A DNA stretch of 64,000 nucleotides from Acidobacteriota bacterium (GTDB taxonomy: Bacteria > Acidobacteriota > Terriglobia > Terriglobales > Acidobacteriaceae). The first letter of the stretch is position 1, and each line of letters starts with the position of its first letter. The DNA lies in NCBI GenBank assembly GCA_013289685.1, contig JABCZL010000001.1, positions 1,838-65,837 of the forward strand. The letters are read 5' to 3'. A program made the position numbers and the translations under genes. Under the pieces are notes generated by a model. It was not told the origin of the DNA. It saw only the letters and a list, made by a program, of their open reading frames with translations, and did no database searches. This document shows positions 20,293 through 27,496 of the stretch, piece after piece.

Positions 20293-20703
20293 CTATCCCG
20301 CACGCCGCGACATAGCCGTTGCTGGTATCGGAGTCCTCGTTGACAAGCTAGCTCCGATCTTGTCTTCGAGTTTGCCTTGACATCGAAGGCAGAATTGCGT
20401 CCACGGCAATGCTTGCAACCTCTGGTCCTGCACTTCGTTACCGCACCCCACGCATGTTCCGAAGGAGCCATCGGCGATTCTCTTGAGAGCCGCTTCAATC
20501 AAGCCCAAAACCGTTCTTCGCTGGCTGCTCCGCTCGAACAAAGCCTCCTTTGACAGACTGATGACGCACTGGTCCGCGCTGTCTTGTGCTGCCTCGGCAT
20601 CCAGAGACCGTGCTTCCTGATCCATCCGACGTAAGAACTGCTGGGCCTCGTGACGCTGGAATTCAAGCTTCTGCCTGAGCCGTTCGACATCTACCTGCTT
20701 CAT
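20293..20703 (-). CDS. DksA/TraR-family C4 zinc-finger protein
   Basis: A coiled-coil N-terminus is followed by GTCVGCGNEV...FCLRCQ (CxxC-N17-CxxC). The ATG is at 20703. Confidence 0.85.
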   Translation of the reverse strand: MKQVDVERLRQKLEFQRHEAQQFLRRMDQEARSLDAEAAQDSADQCVISLSKEALFERSSQRRTVLGLIEAALKRIADGSFGTCVGCGNEVQDQRLQALPWTQFCLRCQGKLEDKIGASLSTRTPIPATAMSRRAG

Positions 20704-20771
20704 TTGTTTTCCCCATGGTCGTGTGTGATCGCCAATTTCGGTGTGCGTTACCGCCGTTCGAAGGCTAGCGC

Positions 20772-21116
20772 TTACGTGTCGAGATCTTGAAAGGCCCACT
20801 CCGGTCTTTCAGCATTTCGAAGATATGAGTCGAAGAACCGAAGCAGGAATGGCGTCTGACTGCCTACACCTGTAAACAGAAGAACCGGAACTTCAGGCTT
20901 GATACGTTTCATTTCAGCCCGAACCGAGCTGCCAGGCGCATCCGGCAGGTCGTACTCCAGGAGCACGCCATGGATGGGCTGTTTCATGAGAATCGAGAGA
21001 CCCTGACTTCCCGTGGTTGCAGAGAGAACCTCGTAACCAGCCGTCTCCAGCATGTACTTCAGGGCGTCGAGATACTCGATATGGTTCTCGACACATAGAA
21101 CTCTGACGTTATTCAT
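20772..21116 (-). CDS. Single-domain receiver-like protein lacking the canonical phospho-acceptor Asp (pseudo-receiver)
   Basis: The fold is CheY-like, but VEN replaces the DD pair, LLEYDLPD has Glu where D57 should be, and there is no clear KP motif. Confidence 0.8.
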   Translation of the reverse strand: MNNVRVLCVENHIEYLDALKYMLETAGYEVLSATTGSQGLSILMKQPIHGVLLEYDLPDAPGSSVRAEMKRIKPEVPVLLFTGVGSQTPFLLRFFDSYLRNAERPEWAFQDLDT

Positions 21117-21618
21117 TGGTCCTCTCCTGGCCTGCGTAGGTTGTCGGGTGCGGATTTTTCGTTGCGGCGTATCTCAGCCGATCAACTTCTTCTTCTGAAA
21201 TCGGCTTCCTCCGCAGCAGTACCTCTCGAAGCGTCCATTCGATGCGATCGACACTGTCGGAAATGACTCGAACGCACTGGTGGTTTTGGATCGAATCTGT
21301 TGTTAAAGAAATGGCCCCTAAAGCGTTTCGGATGTGGTGATTCATTTCAGAGATCACTTGCATCCTCAGCAGCGCAGCTTCCTGTCGCTGATTGGCCGCG
21401 TCCGCGAATCCGGCGGTCAACCCTGCAACGGCGACCGCCGAAACACCCTCAGCCAACAGTCGTTCCCAGTGACGGCCGAGATCTGCGACCAGGAAGCGAT
21501 GCATAAGCTCGGTCACAAGAAAGGACACGAGCCCGACCACTACGGAAACCAGAATTACGCGAGGGGTCATTCCCCAAGCGACGACGGTTCGGGTTTGAGG
21601 TCGGTCCAAACGAGCCAT
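21109..21618 (-). CDS. Membrane protein with a histidine-kinase DHp-like domain but no ATPase domain
   Basis: Two TM segments are followed by an H-box-like SEMNHHIRNALGAI. The ORF ends about 60 aa later and overlaps the receiver gene by 8 nt. Confidence 0.7.
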   Translation of the reverse strand: MARLDRPQTRTVVAWGMTPRVILVSVVVGLVSFLVTELMHRFLVADLGRHWERLLAEGVSAVAVAGLTAGFADAANQRQEAALLRMQVISEMNHHIRNALGAISLTTDSIQNHQCVRVISDSVDRIEWTLREVLLRRKPISEEEVDRLRYAATKNPHPTTYAGQERTNE

Positions 21619-21681
21619 CTGAAACTCCGATTTCCAGCACAGCCTTTATTGTTCGTTGCATCTCAACACATGACAGCATTA

Positions 21682-21709
21682 AGGAATCCTGAAGTGTTTC
21701 TGAACTTTT
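21682..21709 (+). promoter_or_regulatory. Conserved motif copy 1 (aggaatcCTGAAGtgtttCTGAACtttt)
   Basis: Matches copy 3 at 26 of 28 positions. It ends 51 nt upstream of the response-regulator ATG, in the divergent intergenic region. Confidence 0.6.
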
Positions 21710-21756
21710 CATTTCGACCGGCTGCACTGCCAGCGACCTCCTGTAAAGTGTGAGCT

Positions 21757-22482
21757 ATGTTCGGCGTAGACAATATTCACGCAAAAGGAGCGCTCGACAT
21801 TCTGGTTGTCGAAGACGAGCAGAAACTGGCGGACGCAATTGCCGAGGGCCTCATTCGCAACGGCTATCAAGTCAGAGTCGCCTATTCTGGGGAGTCAGCG
21901 CTTGAGCAATTACGTGATCACAACTTCGACCTGATTCTCTTGGACATCATGCTGCCGCGGATGGGTGGCCTTGAGACTCTGCGTGAATTGCGCCGCGACG
22001 GATTCAAAATGCCTGTATTAGCCCTCACATCTAAGGGCTCTGTTGACGACCGTGTACGGGGCCTAGATGCTGGCGCAGACGATTATCTCGTCAAGCCTTT
22101 TGCTTTCCCCGAACTCCTGGCCCGCGTGCGCGCACTTCATCGGAGAGCCACTCCCGCGGCTGCCTCGGTCTTGCAGTTGGCGGATCTAAGGATGGATATC
22201 AGCGGGCGAATAGCGACGCGAGGCGATCAGGTAATCGAGCTCACAGGACGGGAATTCGATTTGCTCGAGTATCTCTTGCTGAATAGTGGATCGGTTGTTT
22301 CTCGGGAGATGGTCGCCCGTGACGTATGGAAGACAACCCTGCGCTACACTTCGATCGACAACGTAATTGACGTTCACATTGCCCGCATCCGCCGGAAGAT
22401 CGATGATGCTTGGCCGATCAAGCTCCTGCACACGGTTCGTGGCGTAGGTTTTGTTATGCGGACGGAGGACGCGAAGAAGTGA
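21757..22482 (+). CDS. OmpR/PhoB-family response regulator
   Basis: Canonical receiver (VVEDE, LLDIMLP, TSKG, KPF) plus a winged-helix output domain (..LTGREFDLLEYLL..VRGVGF). Confidence 0.92.
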   Translation: MFGVDNIHAKGALDILVVEDEQKLADAIAEGLIRNGYQVRVAYSGESALEQLRDHNFDLILLDIMLPRMGGLETLRELRRDGFKMPVLALTSKGSVDDRVRGLDAGADDYLVKPFAFPELLARVRALHRRATPAAASVLQLADLRMDISGRIATRGDQVIELTGREFDLLEYLLLNSGSVVSREMVARDVWKTTLRYTSIDNVIDVHIARIRRKIDDAWPIKLLHTVRGVGFVMRTEDAKK

Positions 22483-23903
22483 GCATCCGGATTCGTAATA
22501 TCAGAGGCCGCCTCACGCTCTGGTATGTTGTCATTTTCGGTCTTTTGTTTGCCGCCTACATTTGCAGTGCCTGTTTCCTTCAGTATTGGCAGTTGAAGCA
22601 GCAGCTTTACCATGCCGAAGTGCAGGACATGGAGACCGTCCAGGGTCTCCTTTACTTCACTGCCGATGGGCGAGTCTCGTTGCATGAGGAGTACTTCAAT
22701 CGGCCTGAATCAAGACTCTTGCTCGACCGGCTGTTGGAAGTGCTGGATTCAAATGGGCACGTACTTTTCCGCAATCGCAAGCTCGATGGAAACACACTGG
22801 GCGGCCGGCTTCTACCGGATGAAGGCGTGAACGGTTTCACACCACGGAGCCTCCGCCTCGCTGACGGGACGCCGGTTTTAGTTATCAGTCATGCTCATGT
22901 TCTCCAGGAAACCCCAGTTCTGATCCGCCTGGCGTACAGTACGGAGCCACTGAGACTCCAATCGCTTCAGTTGCTTGGCCTACTTACTCTTGTTCTCCCG
23001 ATCGCGCTGATCGCTGCTGGTTTTGCGGGCTACCGTTTCGTCATCCGGGTTCTGGATCCTCTCGAACAGATGGCCGGGCTCACCGAGCGCATTACGGCGC
23101 GCCGCCTCAATGAACGCATCCCAGTCAAGAATCCCGAGGACGAACTCGGTCACATGGCGCTTGTCCTGAACGGACTCCTTGAGCGCCTGCAGGAATCCTT
23201 TGAACAGCTGCAGCGTTTCACGTCTGACGTCTCCCACGAACTCAGGACGCCGTTGGCAGCCGTGCGCAGTGTTGGCGAGGTAGGCCTGCAGGAGGAGCAC
23301 GACGCCGAGAAATATCGCGACATCATTGGAAGCATGCTGGAGGAAGTCGCCAAGCTCACTGCCATGATCGACACGCTACTCACCATCGCACATGCTGAGT
23401 CAGGAGCGATCCAACTGCAACAAACCACCTTCGCTCTGATGGACCTCGTGCAAGAGGGGGTCGCGGTCGTGGGTGTCCTGGCAGAAGATAAGAAACAGAC
23501 TCTTTCAGTGACAGGCGACCAAGGAGCGCTAGTATGCGCCGATCGCGCGTTTCTGCGCATGGCCCTGGTCAATCTCCTCGACAACGCCGTGAAGTACTCG
23601 CCATCTGGAAGCACGATTCGCATTTCTTTGCAGCCTGGTAGCACGAGCCCCGGGCCACCGGAGTTTGTGGAACTCGCCATCCAGGATGAAGGACCGGGGA
23701 TTCCCGAGGCTGCCCGGCAACGAGTCTTTGACCGTTTCTACCGGCTCGATGAAGCGCGTACGCGTGACTCTGGCGGCTTCGGACTCGGATTACCCATAGC
23801 AAAGTGGGCGGTCGAGGCTCATGGCGGCAACATTGACGTGAAGGCCGCTTTGCCGGCGGGAGCGATCTTTTGTATCAAGCTGCCGACCGTCCAACTGTTG
23901 TAA
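22479..23903 (+). CDS. Sensor histidine kinase (TM-HAMP-HisKA-HATPase; CusS/heavy-metal-sensor-like N-terminus)
   Basis: The GTG at 22479 overlaps the regulator stop. RLTLWYVVIF is a CusS-like start. The H-box is SHELRTPL, and the N and G boxes are DNAVKYS and GGFGLGL. Confidence 0.9.
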   Translation: MSIRIRNIRGRLTLWYVVIFGLLFAAYICSACFLQYWQLKQQLYHAEVQDMETVQGLLYFTADGRVSLHEEYFNRPESRLLLDRLLEVLDSNGHVLFRNRKLDGNTLGGRLLPDEGVNGFTPRSLRLADGTPVLVISHAHVLQETPVLIRLAYSTEPLRLQSLQLLGLLTLVLPIALIAAGFAGYRFVIRVLDPLEQMAGLTERITARRLNERIPVKNPEDELGHMALVLNGLLERLQESFEQLQRFTSDVSHELRTPLAAVRSVGEVGLQEEHDAEKYRDIIGSMLEEVAKLTAMIDTLLTIAHAESGAIQLQQTTFALMDLVQEGVAVVGVLAEDKKQTLSVTGDQGALVCADRAFLRMALVNLLDNAVKYSPSGSTIRISLQPGSTSPGPPEFVELAIQDEGPGIPEAARQRVFDRFYRLDEARTRDSGGFGLGLPIAKWAVEAHGGNIDVKAALPAGAIFCIKLPTVQLL

Positions 23904-24010
23904 CCAAGCTGTTACGTCAGTTGACCACGTCTTTATGCCCAGCCGGCGTAGTACGTCTGTATACGGGGCGTCGCGTGGAGCGATCGAGTCAGCGCCTCCG
24001 AGTTGGGACC

Positions 24011-24646
24011 CTATTCCGATGACCACTGCACGAACAACATCCCTTGTACTTTTTTGAGATCCGCGGTCTCGCGATCGAGTACGACGTCCCGCCGCGAATC
24101 GGAATATCGTGTGTCCAGGAGCAGAAACTTCCGAATCACGGTCACTGGCGTGTAGCCTTGCTCGCCACCACCGTAGGCCGCCCAGAAGAAAACTACGCCA
24201 CGTACAACATAAATGTGAGAGTCCCATTCCATCAGCGGAGCATGCTGGTTGGTTATGGTCGCGACTATTTCCCCGGAATTCATCGCGTCTATATCCACGT
24301 ACCTGGCCTTCACCTTGATAGGACGGCCATCACCCAGCAAGTGCCTTCCATCGAGCTTGCTCGCAACGTCCTTCAGAAAATGGGGATCGGCGGCCTCCGC
24401 ACTGTCGACCAGTGCCGAATCCCTCCCGCAACAAATGTCATGGTCATGAAATATAGTGTCGAGAGAAGTCAGTAAGACATCAGACGCGTGGGATGTGCGC
24501 GCCATCAAGGACGGCAAGTCGTGTACCTGAATCTCATTGTCCTGGTTCAAAATCTGTCCCGACGCTAATCCACCTAGAGCAAGGCATGGCCCGAGCAAGT
24601 TGGCCGTCGCCCAGAACGCGACACGGCAGCAGTGAAGTGCGGTCAT
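24011..24646 (-). CDS. Secreted hypothetical protein
   Basis: AGGAGG lies 6 nt upstream of the ATG and the protein has a signal-like N-terminus. No family was recognised. Confidence 0.7.
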   Translation of the reverse strand: MTALHCCRVAFWATANLLGPCLALGGLASGQILNQDNEIQVHDLPSLMARTSHASDVLLTSLDTIFHDHDICCGRDSALVDSAEAADPHFLKDVASKLDGRHLLGDGRPIKVKARYVDIDAMNSGEIVATITNQHAPLMEWDSHIYVVRGVVFFWAAYGGGEQGYTPVTVIRKFLLLDTRYSDSRRDVVLDRETADLKKVQGMLFVQWSSE

Positions 24647-24830
24647 TCATTACCTCCTGCTCCACTTCGATTGTAGGTCGCCTGCTGAGACTTGCCACGA
24701 TTATCCGTTTTCGCGCATGTTTGTTGCTAGGACTATTGTCGTCAAGCAAGGCACTGCGTTGTTTTTTGGCGTTTTTTCAACATGTTGCGCCGATCGCAGC
24801 AGCATTTTCATCTCACCACAGAATTGGCCT

Positions 24831-24876
24831 GAGGAATTCTGAAGTTTTTCTGAACTTTCGGATCTAACGAGGAGAG
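24831..24876 (+). promoter_or_regulatory. Conserved motif copy 2 (gaggaattCTGAAGtttttCTGAACtttcggatctaacgaggagag)
   Basis: Matches copy 3 at 41 of 46 positions. It lies upstream of the ECF sigma gene. Confidence 0.6.
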
Positions 24877-24956
24877 CATTTGTACGTTCGTTCCCGCCAG
24901 CCTCATCAACCAAAACTTCAGGAAAGCTTCAGTACCTTTTAAGGCATTCTCGTGAT

Positions 24957-25718
24957 GTGATGCCAAACGGGTGGCTTATGAGTCAGTCTGCAAGCAGCAT
25001 CCGCTGGGGCTCTGGTGGGAGAGCAGCGGCGCGGGACGCCGTATTTGATAAGGCGCCGTCCGGGAGACGCAGGTTTACGTACACCACAAAACTGAAGTGC
25101 CACGAGTTTTCAGAAGCAGAGGCCATCGAGCGCGCAAAGCAGGGCGATGCAGAGGCCTTCGAGTTCCTGTACCGCACGCACCAACGGCGGGTGTACTCCT
25201 TATGCCTCCGCATGACGGGCAACGTCACCGTTGCCGAAAACCTGACTCAAGACACTTTTGTCCAGGTCTTTCGAAAGATCGGGACGTTTCGCCAAGAGGC
25301 CGCGTTCTCCACTTGGCTCCACCGTACGGCGGTGAATGTCGTGCTGATGCACTTTCGCAAGAAAAACCTAACGCTGGTCCCACTTGAGGATACCTCCGAA
25401 AGCGACGATGCGCCGAGACATGAGCCCGGGGAGCAGGACGGGATGTTGATCGGATTGATCGATCGGCTGGATCTGACAAGGGCGATTGGGGATCTACCGC
25501 GTGGTTATCGCACGATTTTCTTGCTGCATGACGTGGAAGGATACGAGCACAACGAAATTGCTGCGATGATGGGATGCACCATTGGCAATAGCAAGTCGCA
25601 GCTATATAGAGCACGAATGAGGTTGCGTGACTTTCTGAGAACCGGCCGAACTGAAAAACCAGTCAACCGTCGTGCGTCGTGGGTTGGTGCAATCTCAAGC
25701 GCCCTCCACTGCGACTGA
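24957..25718 (+). CDS. ECF (sigma-70 family) RNA polymerase sigma factor
   Basis: Region 2 is AEAFEFLYRTHQRRVYSLCLRMTGN..AENLTQDTFVQVF and region 4 is EHNEIAAMMGCTIGNSKSQLYRAR. The start is uncertain: about 45 aa precede region 2, and candidates are 24957, 24960 and 24978. Confidence 0.85.
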   Translation: MMPNGWLMSQSASSIRWGSGGRAAARDAVFDKAPSGRRRFTYTTKLKCHEFSEAEAIERAKQGDAEAFEFLYRTHQRRVYSLCLRMTGNVTVAENLTQDTFVQVFRKIGTFRQEAAFSTWLHRTAVNVVLMHFRKKNLTLVPLEDTSESDDAPRHEPGEQDGMLIGLIDRLDLTRAIGDLPRGYRTIFLLHDVEGYEHNEIAAMMGCTIGNSKSQLYRARMRLRDFLRTGRTEKPVNRRASWVGAISSALHCD

Positions 25719-25829
25719 GCCACTCTTTGTATCAAACTACCGTTCGCGACAGGAATAAGCGATTAGTCACACAATTCATCGTCCCAAGGCCTTATTCCTT
25801 TCAGGAGCCTCAGATCTGTCGCGGGACTT

Positions 25830-25875
25830 GAGGAATCCTGAAGTTTTTCTGAACTTTCGGGTCTTGCGGGGAGAG
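25830..25875 (+). promoter_or_regulatory. Conserved motif copy 3 (gaggaatcCTGAAGtttttCTGAACtttcgggtcttgcggggagag)
   Basis: Ends 61 nt upstream of the FecR-like gene ATG; its CTGAAC box ends at 25854, 82 nt upstream. Confidence 0.6.
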
Positions 25876-25936
25876 TCTCGGTCCTCGTGCTCGCCAGCCT
25901 CATCTAATTCACTAAGAAGCTTTGTGGAGGTGAGAT

Positions 25937-27097
25937 ATGAGAGCGCCAAGGTTGAGGGAAGGAGCGGCGAACGGATGGCTCCTCGGCATCTTCCTGGCCG
26001 TGGTTTTAGGTGCACCCGCGTGGGCTGAGACTGCGAACGCAAAAGCAGCGGTACCAGGAACTCTCAATTATGTTGAAGGCCAGGTCTCAATCGGCAACCA
26101 GGCTCTGAACTCGAAGTCGATCGGCAATGCTGAGTTGCAGCCGGGCGAATCTTTGGTGACTGAGAAAGGCAAGGCTGAGGTCTTGTTGACGCCCGGTGTT
26201 TTTTTACGAATCGGGAACAACACTTCGGTAAAAATGATTTCGCCCAGCCTCACGGACACAGAGGTTGAAGTGGATCAAGGTCACGCGATGATAGAAGTGG
26301 CCGAGATCCATCCGGAGAACAGCCTTCGCGTTGACGAGGATGGCACAGCTACGCAGCTGTTAAAGACCGGGCTGTATGACTTTAATCGAAATCAAAGAGA
26401 GCTGCGCGTATTCGACGGCAAGGCGCTCGTAGAGAGCGGCCGTGAACACGTCGATGTAAAAGGCGGCCGTGAAGTAACACTTGCCAGCAACGATCTGTCG
26501 AAAGCGAGAAAATTCGAGAAGAAGACCTATGAGGAAGGCGATCTGTTTCGCTGGAGCAGTCTTAGGTCGGGTTACCTGGCAGAAGCCAACGTCGATGCGG
26601 CTGGCATGTACGCGCAGAATGGATGGGGCGGCGCAGGCTGGTGGGGAGCCGATTGGTATTGGGATCCTTGGTTTGACGCCTTCACTTTCATTCCAGGCGA
26701 CGGGATTTTCTACAGCCCGTTCGGCTGGGGTTTCTATTCTCCGTGGTGGGTATATCAGTCTCCGTTCTTCGGGTACGGATATGGGTACGGCGGATACGGA
26801 CGCGGCTACGGTCACTATTACCATCACTTCAGTACAGACGCGCGTAACTGGGGACCCGGTTCTCACTATGTTGGAGGACGCAGTTATGCCCACGGCATCT
26901 ATCGCGGAGCGGGATCGACAGGAAGCGGTTTCCATTCCGGACCCATGATGGGTAGCACGGGGCGCGGCTTCGGAAGATTCGGTGGCGGAGGATTCCACGG
27001 CGGAGGAGGTGGTTTTCATGGAGGAGGAGGTGGGTTCCACGGCGGCGGTGGAGGCGGGTTCCATGGAGGAGGAGGTGGTGGGGCCCACGGTCGGTAA
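25937..27097 (+). CDS. Secreted FecR-domain protein with an aromatic/Gly-rich low-complexity C-terminus
   Basis: GGAGGTG precedes the ATG. A signal peptide is followed by a FecR-like segment (GTLNYVEGQVSIGNQAL..LQPGESLVTEKGKAEVLL), a W/Y/F/G-rich segment and (GGGGGFH)n. Confidence 0.85.
   Translation: MRAPRLREGAANGWLLGIFLAVVLGAPAWAETANAKAAVPGTLNYVEGQVSIGNQALNSKSIGNAELQPGESLVTEKGKAEVLLTPGVFLRIGNNTSVKMISPSLTDTEVEVDQGHAMIEVAEIHPENSLRVDEDGTATQLLKTGLYDFNRNQRELRVFDGKALVESGREHVDVKGGREVTLASNDLSKARKFEKKTYEEGDLFRWSSLRSGYLAEANVDAAGMYAQNGWGGAGWWGADWYWDPWFDAFTFIPGDGIFYSPFGWGFYSPWWVYQSPFFGYGYGYGGYGRGYGHYYHHFSTDARNWGPGSHYVGGRSYAHGIYRGAGSTGSGFHSGPMMGSTGRGFGRFGGGGFHGGGGGFHGGGGGFHGGGGGGFHGGGGGGAHGR
26981..27094 (+). 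repeat. Coding tandem repeat, 18-21-nt units encoding (G4-6 F/A H) x5
   Basis: Encodes GGGGFHGGGGGFHGGGGGFHGGGGGGFHGGGGGGAHGR at the 3' end of the FecR-like gene. Confidence 0.9.
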
Positions 27098-27496
27098 AGC
27101 AATTACCATGAACTCTTTGTCAGGCGAATTGCCAGAGGCACGGTTGGGGAGATTCACACGAATTCGTTTAGGCCCATCGTTGCGGGCGAACGACAACACG
27201 GAGTGAACTCTCCCCGCCGCAGCCCAAAGTCTTAAGCATGGTGCATCATCGATTCTTTAAAGCTGGCCGGGAACACCGGAACGGCTCCATCGGACAAAAG
27301 CACGCACTGAAAAGAACCATTCGAAGGAAGAAGGCCGCATGGTCGCCAACGTTCTCAAGACCAATTATCCTTGGTTGGTGAGCGATCGTTCCGTTTGTTC
27401 CTGCGGATCGACCGTAAGCGCGGCGCTGTCATTCTTCTGAGCAAGAGTGCTCACTCTCGCCCGGTCCATCGGACATACTCTGCGAAAAGAGCTGAA

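Noticed and set aside
26360-27199. 279-aa minus-strand ORF
   Set aside because: It is antisense to the FecR-like gene and its Gly-repeat tail. The low-complexity Ser/Thr/Pro product is a mirror of the GGN repeats.
27238-27381. 47-codon basic upstream ORF ahead of the P-type ATPase
   Set aside because: It has no obvious ribosome-binding site and I have no conservation evidence. It is mentioned only as part of the leader finding.
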